Under the pieces are notes generated by a model, which saw only the letters and a program-made list of their open reading frames with translations, had not been told where the DNA came from and did no database searches. A DNA stretch of 64,000 bases from an uncultured Verrucomicrobiae bacterium (lineage in GTDB: Bacteria > Chlamydiota > Chlamydiia > Chlamydiales > Rhabdochlamydiaceae), in assembly GCA_963818965.1 (NCBI GenBank), contig CAWFUG010000011.1:368724-432723 (forward strand). Reading direction: 5' to 3'. Of the stretch, positions 1-9,599 are shown piece after piece. The stretch's first letter is position 1; each line of letters opens with the position of its first letter. The position numbers were made by a program, and so were the translations under genes.

Positions 1-8
1 TTTTATAT

Positions 9-1169
9 ATGACAAGAAGTCAAACTATGAAATCTCTAACACCTAAGAAACCCTCTAAGGACCAACGAGAAAGGCTGATTCTCTTTGGACTGGTCGAGCT
101 CTACTTGCAAACGGGCAAGCCGATCGGGTCTAATACGCTGAAAGAGAATGGCTTCGATGCGCTGAGTTCTGCGACCATCCGCAATTATTTCACTAAGCTC
201 GAGGAGGAAGGCTATGTCCTCCAGCAACACTCCTCCGGGGGGCGGATCCCCTCAGCCCTCGCCTTTAAGGCTTATGCAGAAGCGCATCTCGAGCTTCCCC
301 TCCTCTCCCCAGAGGCCAAACAGAACATCGAAAAGCAACTGTATCAAGAGACTCACGAGGTGGCAGCTTTCCTGCACCGCGCCGCGAAGATCATCAGCGA
401 TCTCACTCAATGCGCTGTTTTCCTCTCCGCGCCTCGATTCGACCAAGACTTTATCTTAAGCATGAAGCTCGTTGCGATTGATGAAACGCGCCTTCTCTGC
501 GTCATCATTACCAATTTCGGGATGGTCCACTCAGAGATGCTCTATATCGATCAAAAGCGCTCTCCCACTGCCTTAAAAGGGGTCGAAGCCTATCTCCAGT
601 ACCGTTTAACGGGGATCGAAAAACCTAAACTCTCTACTGAAGAAGAGGCAACTGCCTGCTCTTTGTACAAAGAACTCCTCTTGCGTCACATCGTCAGCTA
701 CACCCACTTCAGCGCAGAGGATCTCTCCCAAGCGGGCTTCTCTAAATTACTCTCCTATCCCGACTTTAATGAAGCAGCAGCGCTCGCTGGAGGACTCTCC
801 CTCTTTGAAGATCAACAGATGCTAAGACAGCTACTCAAGCACACCTGCGAGCGGGAAAAGCTCTCCTGTTGGATCGGAGAGGATATCAAGCGGTTGAATC
901 CCGATGCAGCGCAGTGCTCAATCCTGACTGTCCCCTACCGGATCCACCAATCGATTTGCGGAGCGATCGGGATCTTAGGGCCTAACCGGATCCCCTATCG
1001 AGAGCTCTTCGGACAACTCGAACAGATCGCGCACACGCTTTCCCAGTCTCTGACTAAGAGTTTGTATAAATTTAAGATCACCTACCGCACGGCTAAACCG
1101 ACTGACTTGCAAATCGACGAGGAGCCACACACGTGTTTAGAAATAGAAGATAAAGGAAGAAAACTATGA
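9..1169 (+). CDS. hrcA: Heat-inducible transcription repressor HrcA
   Basis: N-terminal wHTH (ILFGLVELYLQTGKPIGS...SSATIRNYF..LEEEGY..Q.HSSGGRIP), C-terminal GAIGILGPNRIPY; directly upstream of grpE-dnaK. The start may be the ATG at 27. Confidence 0.95.
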   Translation: MTRSQTMKSLTPKKPSKDQRERLILFGLVELYLQTGKPIGSNTLKENGFDALSSATIRNYFTKLEEEGYVLQQHSSGGRIPSALAFKAYAEAHLELPLLSPEAKQNIEKQLYQETHEVAAFLHRAAKIISDLTQCAVFLSAPRFDQDFILSMKLVAIDETRLLCVIITNFGMVHSEMLYIDQKRSPTALKGVEAYLQYRLTGIEKPKLSTEEEATACSLYKELLLRHIVSYTHFSAEDLSQAGFSKLLSYPDFNEAAALAGGLSLFEDQQMLRQLLKHTCEREKLSCWIGEDIKRLNPDAAQCSILTVPYRIHQSICGAIGILGPNRIPYRELFGQLEQIAHTLSQSLTKSLYKFKITYRTAKPTDLQIDEEPHTCLEIEDKGRKL

Positions 1170-1711
1170 CAGAACAAGAAATCGATGAAAAGCAAATACC
1201 CCTCACCCAAGAGGAGGAAATGCTGGAATATAAAGACAAGTACCTGCGCTTGCTCGCTGAACTCGATAACACCCGCAAGCGGATGCAGAAAGAAAAACAG
1301 GAAATGACCCGGTTTGCGATCGAGAATGCCCTCTCTGACATGTTGGATCCGATCGACAATCTAGAAAATGCCCTTAAGATGACAGAAAATCTCTCTACTG
1401 AGATGCGTAACTGGGCGCAAGGTTTTTCGATGATCTTATACCAATTTAAAGAGGCCTTGAGCAGCCAGGGGATCGTTCCCTTCCATTCGGAAGGTCAGCC
1501 TTTCGATCCACAAATGCACGACGCTATTGAAACGGAAGAATCGACGGAAAAGCCTGCTGGCACCATCTTAAAAGAATACGTCAAGGGATACCGCAGCGGG
1601 CTGCGCGCTGTGCGCCCGGCTCGGGTGAAGGTAGCTCACGCACCTGTAGTAAACGCTGACGCGCCTGTAACAGATGCTGAAGCGCCTGCAGTAACCCAGA
1701 CAGAAAACTAA
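1166..1711 (+). CDS. grpE: Nucleotide exchange factor GrpE
   Basis: [23 protein letters not shown] and KGY...VRPARVKV motifs; ATGA overlap with hrcA. Confidence 0.96.
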   Translation: MTEQEIDEKQIPLTQEEEMLEYKDKYLRLLAELDNTRKRMQKEKQEMTRFAIENALSDMLDPIDNLENALKMTENLSTEMRNWAQGFSMILYQFKEALSSQGIVPFHSEGQPFDPQMHDAIETEESTEKPAGTILKEYVKGYRSGLRAVRPARVKVAHAPVVNADAPVTDAEAPAVTQTEN

Positions 1712-1736
1712 CCTATTTTTTAAGGAGAACAACACT

Positions 1737-3638
1737 ATGACACAAAAGAAAAAAGGTAGAATCATTGGTATCGACTTAGGGACGACGAACTCCTGCGTCT
1801 CCATCATGGAGGGAGGAACACCTATCGTCATCGCCAACGCGGAAGGAGGACGTACGACGCCTTCTGTTGTCGGCTACAAGAATGGAGAACGCCTCGTTGG
1901 AACGCCTGCGAAGAGACAAGCGGTAACCAACGCTGAGCGCACTGTCTTTTCTGCGAAGCGATTCATCGGACGCAAGTTCAAAGAGGTCGAATCGGAAGCG
2001 AAGCACATGCCCTTTAAAGTGCGTCAAAATGAAAATGGCGATGCGGTCTTCGAAATCGACGGTGAGCTCCTCTCCCCAGAAGAGGTCGGCGCACAAGTAC
2101 TCATGAAGATGAAAGAGACAGCAGAAGCTTATCTCGGCGAAGAAGTCACAGAAGCGGTCATCACAGTTCCCGCTTACTTCAACGACTCGCAACGTCAATC
2201 GACCAAAGATGCGGGACGGATCGCCGGCTTAGATGTCAAACGGATCATCCCAGAACCTACTGCCGCAGCGCTTGCCTACGGCCTCGATAAACAGAGCGAC
2301 AAGAAGATAGCCGTGTTCGACTTAGGGGGTGGAACCTTCGATATCTCCATCCTCGAAATCGGCGATGGCGTCTTCGAAGTTCTCTCTACGAACGGAGATA
2401 CCCACCTCGGGGGAGATGATTTCGATAACGCGATCCTCCATTGGATGCTCGAAGAGTTTAAGAAAGAAAATGGAATCGACCTCGCCAAAGATAAGATGGC
2501 GCTCCAGCGCCTGCGCGATGCTGCGGAAAAGGCGAAGGTCGAACTCTCTGGAACCCAGACGACAGAGATCAACCAACCGTTCATCACGATGGATGCCTCA
2601 GGGCCTAAGCACATGAGCTTGACGCTCACCCGCGCCAAATTGGAGATGCTCGTGCACGATCTCGTCGAGCGCACCATCGAGCCTTGCGTGAAAGCTTTGA
2701 AAGATTCAGGTCTTTCCAAGGACAAAATCGACGAAGTGATCCTGGTCGGTGGAATGTCCCGTATGCCGATCGTCGAGCGCAAAGTGAAAGAGATCTTCGG
2801 CAGAGAACCTCATAAAGGGGTCAACCCAGACGAAGTCGTGGCTATCGGCGCGGCTATCCAAGGAGCTGTCCTCTCAGGAGACGTCAAAGACGTGCTTCTC
2901 CTCGACGTCATCCCCCTCACTCTCGGAATCGAGACATTGGGAGGAGTGCTTACGCCGATCGTAGAGCGTAACACTACGATCCCGACTCAAAAGAAACAGG
3001 TCTTCTCGACAGCGAGCGATAACCAACCTGCAGTGACGATTGTCGTTCTGCAAGGGGAGCGCAAAATGGCGAAGGACAACAAAGAGATCGGACGCTTTGA
3101 TTTGACGGATATCCCCCCTGCACCGCGCGGCATGCCGCAGATCGAAGTCGCCTTCGACATCGATGCAGACGGAATCCTGCACGTCTCTGCAAAAGACGTA
3201 CAGACGGGCAAAGAACAGAAGATCCGCATCGAAGCCAAGTCAGGGCTCTCAGAAAATGAGATCAAACGGATGCTCAAAGACGCAGAAGACCACATGGAAG
3301 AGGATAAGCAGCGCAAAGAGGAAATAGAGACACGCAACGAAGCGGATGCTCTTCTCTTCCGCGCCCAAAAAGCACTCGACGATTACAAAGAGAAATTGCC
3401 TGCAAACATCGTCGAAGAGATCCAATCCAAGATCGACGCCTTGAAAAAAGCGCTCGAGAGCACCGACAGCGCGACTATCAAAGCAGCGACCAGTGCGCTC
3501 AACACGCACCTGCAAAAGATCGGAGAAGCGATGCAGCAACAAGCGGGTGCGCAAGCACAGACCCCACCGCCCTCTCCTTCTTCGCAGGATAAACCCGACA
3601 TCGAAGAAGCCGATGTCGAAATCTTGGATGAAAAATAA
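1737..3638 (+). CDS. dnaK: Molecular chaperone DnaK (Hsp70)
   Basis: [26 protein letters not shown] and [11 protein letters not shown]sp70 signatures. Confidence 0.99.
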   Translation: MTQKKKGRIIGIDLGTTNSCVSIMEGGTPIVIANAEGGRTTPSVVGYKNGERLVGTPAKRQAVTNAERTVFSAKRFIGRKFKEVESEAKHMPFKVRQNENGDAVFEIDGELLSPEEVGAQVLMKMKETAEAYLGEEVTEAVITVPAYFNDSQRQSTKDAGRIAGLDVKRIIPEPTAAALAYGLDKQSDKKIAVFDLGGGTFDISILEIGDGVFEVLSTNGDTHLGGDDFDNAILHWMLEEFKKENGIDLAKDKMALQRLRDAAEKAKVELSGTQTTEINQPFITMDASGPKHMSLTLTRAKLEMLVHDLVERTIEPCVKALKDSGLSKDKIDEVILVGGMSRMPIVERKVKEIFGREPHKGVNPDEVVAIGAAIQGAVLSGDVKDVLLLDVIPLTLGIETLGGVLTPIVERNTTIPTQKKQVFSTASDNQPAVTIVVLQGERKMAKDNKEIGRFDLTDIPPAPRGMPQIEVAFDIDADGILHVSAKDVQTGKEQKIRIEAKSGLSENEIKRMLKDAEDHMEEDKQRKEEIETRNEADALLFRAQKALDDYKEKLPANIVEEIQSKIDALKKALESTDSATIKAATSALNTHLQKIGEAMQQQAGAQAQTPPPSPSSQDKPDIEEADVEILDEK

Positions 3639-3643
3639 GCCTA

Positions 3644-3680
3644 TATACCTACGGGCAACTTTTGAGTTCCCTTAGGTATA
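3644..3680. mobile_element. Short TA|TACC..GGTA|TA palindromic element (33 bp plus TA duplication)
   Basis: TA-TACCTACGGGCAACTTTTGAGTTCCCTTAGGTA-TA. Its minus strand matches the arm of the 50706 element at 26/31 nt. Confidence 0.7.
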
Positions 3681-5283
3681 ACCCTGTTCCCTTAGGGAAA
3701 TGGGGTAAAATGCTGACGGGCAAGCGCCCTTTGGACTCCAGGCGGCCGCGGATAACCTCCGCGGCCGCTTCTTGTGCCTCCTTCTCATTTTCAAAAGCTA
3801 CAACCAACCCATCGAATAGAGGAACCTCTGCCAAGCGATAAGGCGTTTCGAATAAAACACAAACGACACGTGCCGTGCGCTGTAAAAGCAGTTGCAGTGC
3901 TTCCCTTTCCTTCCCCACGTCTTTGCCACTGGCAAGCGATACAATGACGGGAACCCCTTCTTCAAACGCAGACAGCCACTCCAAAGACTCTAAAGAATAC
4001 CGGCTGACCATCCACTCGTTTTCAAGGGCCTCTCTGAACCAACAAGACTCTCCCGATTCGATCAAAATCACCCGAGTTCCCTGCAGAGGAAGCACCCCTT
4101 CGTTGCGTACGACAGTTACTGCTTCTTGAAATAATAGCCTCTTGAGGGCAATCCCCTCTTCAGAATGGATCTCTCCTTGAAACTCGCTCCTGTCAAACAC
4201 ACCGAGCTCTCGCTTAGCCGTTAGGATCTTATCCACCCGTCTGTCTAGCATCTCCTCCGTGATCTCTCCCCGCTCAATCGCTCTTTTTATCCCCAAAAAT
4301 GCCTGAGGCACATCCTCTCTTAAGATCTGATCGATATTCGGTGCGATGTGATCGCCATAGAGCAAAAGATCGTGACCTGCTAAAAAAGCCCGGACGGCGA
4401 TCTCTTCCACAGAGTAGTAGCGAGAAAGAGCGCGCATGTTCAGCGCGTCGGTGATGATGAGCCCAGAGAATCCCAACTTCTCTTGCAATACCTCCGTCAC
4501 GATCCGATGGGAAAAGCTCACAGGAGACTCATCTAACTTTAAGGCTCTCAGATGAGCCGTCATCACGGCACCTACTCCCGCTTCGATGAGGCGCTGAAAA
4601 GGATACAATGCGCTACTCAATCCACTTAAAGGTTGCTCGTCGCTGCACAGTACAAATGGTAAATCGATGTGGGAATCGATCTCCGTACTCCCATGTCCCG
4701 GGAAGTGTTTGATGCAAGCCATGACCCCCATCTCTTCCATCCCCTCTTTGACTAAAAGCGCGCGGAGCGCCACCTCCTGCGGATCTTCTCCAAAAGAGCG
4801 CATGCCGATAATCGGATTGTGCGCTGTCACGTTCACATCGACGACAGGCGCTAAATTCACATGCGCTCCGACGAGCCGACACTGCCGGCCGATCTCCTTG
4901 CCCATCTCCTTGAGTAACGCCGTCTCTTGCACCGCTCCTAGCGTGAGATTTTTGGGAAAGGAGAGTGCATCGCTGATCCGCATCCCCACTCCCCACTCTC
5001 CATCCTGCATACAGAGAAGTGGAATTTGAGAGAGCGGGTACACCCACTCAATCAGCGCGCGCTGGGTAGAGACCGTCCCCTGCTTGAATAACACCCCCCC
5101 GATATGGTATTTTTCAATTAAGACCCTCAAGTCCTCCCGATGCTCCTCTCCCCTAAAAGGACAGGCAGGGACGATGAATAGCTGACCGATCTTCTCCTCC
5201 AAAGAGAGGGCTTCGAGCTCTCCCGTAGAGACCCAGAGAAAAAAAATAACGACAATATTTTTTTTTGAAAAAAAAGAGAACAC
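3649..5283 (-). CDS. Glycoside hydrolase family 3 beta-N-acetylhexosaminidase (NagZ-like, N- and C-terminal domains)
   Basis: LEEKIGQLF, QDGEWG, NLAPVVDVN, RSFGEDP, KHFPGHG...DSH and IITDALNM motifs; N-terminal signal-like stretch. Confidence 0.9.
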   Translation of the reverse strand: MFSFFSKKNIVVIFFLWVSTGELEALSLEEKIGQLFIVPACPFRGEEHREDLRVLIEKYHIGGVLFKQGTVSTQRALIEWVYPLSQIPLLCMQDGEWGVGMRISDALSFPKNLTLGAVQETALLKEMGKEIGRQCRLVGAHVNLAPVVDVNVTAHNPIIGMRSFGEDPQEVALRALLVKEGMEEMGVMACIKHFPGHGSTEIDSHIDLPFVLCSDEQPLSGLSSALYPFQRLIEAGVGAVMTAHLRALKLDESPVSFSHRIVTEVLQEKLGFSGLIITDALNMRALSRYYSVEEIAVRAFLAGHDLLLYGDHIAPNIDQILREDVPQAFLGIKRAIERGEITEEMLDRRVDKILTAKRELGVFDRSEFQGEIHSEEGIALKRLLFQEAVTVVRNEGVLPLQGTRVILIESGESCWFREALENEWMVSRYSLESLEWLSAFEEGVPVIVSLASGKDVGKEREALQLLLQRTARVVCVLFETPYRLAEVPLFDGLVVAFENEKEAQEAAAEVIRGRLESKGRLPVSILPHFPKGTGLYLRELKSCP

Positions 5284-5512
5284 AGCGCCACTTCAAGATC
5301 ATCCAAAAACGGATCTTAGCAAATCGCCCTAAACATAGTACTTAAAAATTTAAATCATGAAAAAAGCTGAAGACCCTATTCTAGCAAGCAAAGGAAATTT
5401 TTTTAAATAAACAAAAACAACAAAAACTGGTACAATAAACACTAACAAAATCAATCCACGCTCTTAATTTAAAGAAGAGTGTAAAAAATAATTTTCTAAA
5501 TGGAGCATACTT

Positions 5513-8164
5513 ATGTCATCTGACCTTTCTGTTTCTATACCCCGCCACCAGCTCATGCAATCTCATCTCTCTGCTGATCAGATCCAAGAGCTAAAAATTT
5601 TGGAAGCGAGCGTTGTAGAGTTAGAAGAAGCACAGGAAGACTCTCCTATTTCAGATCAAGCCTTCTGTCTGGCCGTTGCAAAGATAGAAGCCATGCCGAT
5701 CCTCAAAAAATTAGAGCAGTTGCCCCGTCTGCACAATGAAGAGTTCCCAGAGGGATATAACACGCTTCAAATACGCAAAAAAATTAAGAAATTCCAAGAG
5801 GTGGCTGGAGAGATACATCAAAAAGCACTGGCTCAATCATTCCATCAATTACAGGAGAGTAAAGAAAACAATCTGGATACACTCCGAAAAGACAGAAGAA
5901 ATAAACAAGCTCAACTCCGAGAGTCTATAAGAATCGAATTCCTCAATCCCGCTGCTGAGTTTTCCAAATCCCTGTTTTCCCAGGATTATCTCTTAAATGT
6001 AGATTTTGAAGACCTAAAAGTTTTGGAAGCGAGTGTTGTAGAGTTAGAAGAAGCACAGGAAGACTCTCCTCTTTCAGATCTAGAGCTCTCTGCATCTGTT
6101 AGAAAGATGAAAAATATGCCGATCCTCAAAATAGTGGAGTCTTTGCCCAATTTATTAAATGAAGAGTGCCCAAGCGGAGATACTACCCACGAAATAATCC
6201 AAAAAGTCCACCAATTCGAAAAGCAAGTCCAAAACAACTTCGACAGAGATGTCGCTAGATTCGAGGACTTAATCGGTAAAGCAGAGAAGACAAATGACCT
6301 AGAAGAATTACAGGAGCTCATCCTCGAGATTCAAGAGCTCAATCTCGTCGCAAGAATGAAGGATTTTTCAGGAACAAAACAATTGGTACCTACCATCCAG
6401 GGTCTCGAAAAAAGAGTTTTCTCGAAAATGGAACGAATTTTAGATCGACCGGCTCCAGCTCCCTCCCCCGCCAAGCCCTTTTCCTACAAGCCAGTTAGGC
6501 CAGTACAAAACCGAACTCTCCCCCCTTCTTCTAACCCAATACGGGTTAAGCACAGCATACGAGACTCTGTGGTAGTCTCTCCCTCTTCTTCACCAGAAGA
6601 GGAAAAGACAACGGTTAGCAGCATATGGGACTACTTTTCTACCCCATCTACAAAAAAAACGAGCTCTATCTCCTCTTCTCGAAGAGTGCAAAAATCTGCC
6701 GCTTCTGAATTTGGAGTGGGTTTTCACAATAAAGGCAATAACTGCTGGGCAAATGTCCTGCTTCAAGCGATCGTACACATCGACACCCTACGCGCTGTTT
6801 ACAATACGATTGTCATTCATTATTCCGCCTCCGCTATTTCTGGTGCACGAAGGAATGCAAAGCGTCTGGGCGCTGCCTTAGAAGCCTATGATAATGCCTT
6901 ACTCTTAAGAGAACCTGTTCCTCCTGAAGTCTCTCAAAATGTCCGCATAGCCTTCCACTTCTTCTCTGGAAAGCAGATCAGTAAGTCTCATCGCGTACAG
7001 GAAGATGCGCATGAGGGTTTCACTCTATTGATGGCATTGTACGCAGGGATCATCGAAGAGCAAGGAGGAGACCTCACTGCCAATTGCCCCCTCTATTTTA
7101 CCGATGTCACGACACGATCGTGGATAAGAAAAGGCCCTAGGGAGCAAGCACGCTCTTACACATCGGATATCATAAAGACGGGAGAAAAAACAGGGAAGAC
7201 GCAACTTAACAATCCTCCCACTTACGAAATCGGCCTCAGCATGACCTCTTCCTCAAACAAACGCCCCTCATTCAATGATCTGCTCGAAGATATATTTTGC
7301 GATAAAAATCAAACAGCACGGGCAACCTACGCCTATCCAGGCACGAATGACGCTTACGAATTCAAAATGATCAAAGAAGAAAGGACCTTTAAACAACAAC
7401 CGATGGAACTCGTCGTAACCATGAAGCGTTTTTCCTATAACGAAAGAAGGGAGAGAACGCAGAAAATCACGACGAAAATCCAAGTGCCCTTTGAACTTCA
7501 ACTCCCTGGAGTCAATGAACCGCTTGAACTCGACTTTTTCTTTTCCCACAAAGGCCCCAGTGCTTCAGCGGGACATTACATCTGCTTCTACAAAGACATT
7601 GCCGGGCGATGGATAAAATTCGACGACGAATCACCCAGCCTTCCCTCTGTGGAAGAGGTCACACAAGCGCTCCAAGAAAGCTACTGGCACCACTACAAGC
7701 GTAAAACAGAACAAGGTGCACGCCCCAACCAATTCTTCCTAGATTCAGAAGAAAATAGCTCTTCTGAGCCGGAACCTCAAGGATCCAAGCCAAACAACAC
7801 GACTACGACAACACATATTCCCGCGCATCCGCAAGATGCTGCAAAAATTCTAGATGCAACCCAGCCAGACTGGAGCACATTGCTCAGGGAAAGCACTGCG
7901 CAACTTAAAGAATCAGCTCGGCCATTCCTCAATAACGAACAAACTCCAAAAGAGGTAAAAAAAGCGGTGCAGATTAGATTTATGCGATTGCTTTCACTGA
8001 TCGGTGGTGACCCAGAAGAATCAGAAAAAAAACGGTTAACCGAGCTCAGCGATCAGTTAATTGCTGTAATTATGTCTATGGTTCCTACAGATGATAACAC
8101 CTTCCAGACTTTCGATGCTGAAATAGAAGCGCTCGGCAAAAGCATTAATTCTCGACGAGCTTGA
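5513..8164 (+). CDS. Putative secreted effector: duplicated shared N-terminal module plus USP-type (peptidase C19) deubiquitinase domain
   Basis: Cys box GFHNKGNNCWANVLLQAI (C411), QEDAHEGF, ELVVTMKRFSY, His box HKGPSASAGHYICF (H688) and WIKFDD (D704/705). Confidence 0.85.
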   Translation: MSSDLSVSIPRHQLMQSHLSADQIQELKILEASVVELEEAQEDSPISDQAFCLAVAKIEAMPILKKLEQLPRLHNEEFPEGYNTLQIRKKIKKFQEVAGEIHQKALAQSFHQLQESKENNLDTLRKDRRNKQAQLRESIRIEFLNPAAEFSKSLFSQDYLLNVDFEDLKVLEASVVELEEAQEDSPLSDLELSASVRKMKNMPILKIVESLPNLLNEECPSGDTTHEIIQKVHQFEKQVQNNFDRDVARFEDLIGKAEKTNDLEELQELILEIQELNLVARMKDFSGTKQLVPTIQGLEKRVFSKMERILDRPAPAPSPAKPFSYKPVRPVQNRTLPPSSNPIRVKHSIRDSVVVSPSSSPEEEKTTVSSIWDYFSTPSTKKTSSISSSRRVQKSAASEFGVGFHNKGNNCWANVLLQAIVHIDTLRAVYNTIVIHYSASAISGARRNAKRLGAALEAYDNALLLREPVPPEVSQNVRIAFHFFSGKQISKSHRVQEDAHEGFTLLMALYAGIIEEQGGDLTANCPLYFTDVTTRSWIRKGPREQARSYTSDIIKTGEKTGKTQLNNPPTYEIGLSMTSSSNKRPSFNDLLEDIFCDKNQTARATYAYPGTNDAYEFKMIKEERTFKQQPMELVVTMKRFSYNERRERTQKITTKIQVPFELQLPGVNEPLELDFFFSHKGPSASAGHYICFYKDIAGRWIKFDDESPSLPSVEEVTQALQESYWHHYKRKTEQGARPNQFFLDSEENSSSEPEPQGSKPNNTTTTTHIPAHPQDAAKILDATQPDWSTLLRESTAQLKESARPFLNNEQTPKEVKKAVQIRFMRLLSLIGGDPEESEKKRLTELSDQLIAVIMSMVPTDDNTFQTFDAEIEALGKSINSRRA

Positions 8165-8226
8165 TAAGAGCCAATCCCAGTAAAAAATTTACTGGGATTG
8201 GTTGAGAGATTGTAGATAGGCTCTTA
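8165..8226. repeat. Palindromic element TAAGAGCC...GGCTCTTA with inner hairpin (possible terminator or IS-end relic)
   Basis: Outer 8-bp inverted repeat and inner CCAATCCCAGTAAA/TTTACTGGGATTGG stem; 22 bp (8205-8226) are identical to 33627-33648. Confidence 0.6.
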
Positions 8227-8318
8227 GGATTTTCATTTTCAAAAATGAACGCCCTGTGCCATTCTGCCCGTCTCGTTTTCATCTTGTAGTAACTTTATTG
8301 AAAAATAGGAAAAAATAG

Positions 8319-9557
8319 ATGCAAGCTTTACCTATCTCAGGACCTTCTCCCTCCCCTACTCAATGCCCAGTATTCGATAGACTCTATGACAGGGCAAAGA
8401 CCTTAGAAACTAGCGACCCCCTTCTTTTCTGTAAATGCGTCAAGCAAATACATGACCTAAAGGTCCACCGTACATCAAAAGAAACCGATCTTCTAGAACG
8501 CTACCACGAGCTGCGAAATAAAGCGCAAATACTCATAGACCACGACATCGAAAAACTGGAGATGTGGAGCAATTGCGCAAGTCAGACAAATGATATTAAT
8601 CAATTAGGAGATCTCGTTACAAAAATAAAAGATCTCAATCTCTCCGAAAAATTAAAACTCTTCAAGATGCCGGTAAATCTCAGGGATGTCCCCAACCACA
8701 TCCTAGATCAATTGAATGTAAAGCTCGTTGTACAATGGGAAAACCTCACCGCCATCCATTGGGTAACACTCGCTAACGAACAATCCAATCCCAAGCGAAA
8801 AGCGATCTTGCATTCCGTTTTCGCTCAATGGGATGAAGCCTGGAGGAGAACTCCCTCTGCAGGCCCTCTCCAACAGCGTCTAGCAGATTTGACAATACGT
8901 GCCAATCAGTACCTCGCTGACAGCGGATCCGTTCCACCTGATTGCGATGATTTATTTAACGAAATCACTCGTGCCATACTAGAGGATCTAGCCGATATTC
9001 TCGAGGAGGACACCCTCTATCTCAACGATCTATGTAAAACACAAACAAACATCGACCTGCTTTTTATTCTCAACGAAGAGATGTCTCCCGCTGTAGCAAA
9101 AAAGTATATAGAAAAAATTTTGGCAAACCAGCTCGAAGGAGCAACCCAAAAGACCACTACCCCTCTTTTACTAGACTCCAACAAAAAGATGCCCCTCACT
9201 GAGACAGAAAAACACGCGACAAAAAAGAATATAGGAAACATTTTGGTAAAACAGCTCGAAGGAGCAACCCAAAAGACCACTACCCCTCTTTTACTAGACT
9301 CCAACAAAAAGATGCCCCTCACTGAGACAGAGAAACACCTGGACAAACTTTCAATCAAAAATTTTCTTGAGATCCGAGATGCAGCCAAAGAAATTAATCG
9401 AAAAGCGCCTATAGAGGACCCTTCTTCTGTTTTACTAGAAACCTTAGAAATCCAAACGCAATTTTTCCACGCGATGTTTAAATTCACACAATCCGCTATC
9501 TCCTATGATGAATCACAACGACTGGATCAGCAGCCCCTTCGACGATTAAAAAAATAA
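8319..9557 (+). CDS. Hypothetical effector-like protein, array member 2
   Basis: Carries the shared module (IDHDIEKLE...TNDINQLGDLV..I.DLNLSEKL) and a 41-aa internal duplication. Confidence 0.75.
   Translation: MQALPISGPSPSPTQCPVFDRLYDRAKTLETSDPLLFCKCVKQIHDLKVHRTSKETDLLERYHELRNKAQILIDHDIEKLEMWSNCASQTNDINQLGDLVTKIKDLNLSEKLKLFKMPVNLRDVPNHILDQLNVKLVVQWENLTAIHWVTLANEQSNPKRKAILHSVFAQWDEAWRRTPSAGPLQQRLADLTIRANQYLADSGSVPPDCDDLFNEITRAILEDLADILEEDTLYLNDLCKTQTNIDLLFILNEEMSPAVAKKYIEKILANQLEGATQKTTTPLLLDSNKKMPLTETEKHATKKNIGNILVKQLEGATQKTTTPLLLDSNKKMPLTETEKHLDKLSIKNFLEIRDAAKEINRKAPIEDPSSVLLETLEIQTQFFHAMFKFTQSAISYDESQRLDQQPLRRLKK
9097..9338 (+). repeat. 123-bp tandem duplication inside CDS
   Basis: cagctcgaaggagcaacccaaaagaccactacccctcttttactagactcc... 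at 9129 and 9252. Confidence 0.9.
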
Positions 9558-9599
9558 AAACTGTTTACAAACATAAAAAACCAACTAGGAACACCCGTT

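Noticed and set aside
1..30. CIRCE operator for HrcA
   Set aside because: I found no TTAGCACTC-N9-GAGTGCTAA; it would lie upstream, outside the window.
1640..1695. 21-bp degenerate repeats at the grpE 3' end ([18 protein letters not shown])
   Set aside because: Low-complexity tail extension with no sign of a separate function.
4613..5047. Short antisense or alternate-frame ORFs over long genes (here and over dnaK, lepA, murE, proS, clpC)
   Set aside because: Shadow ORFs overlapping well-supported genes, with no recognisable motifs.
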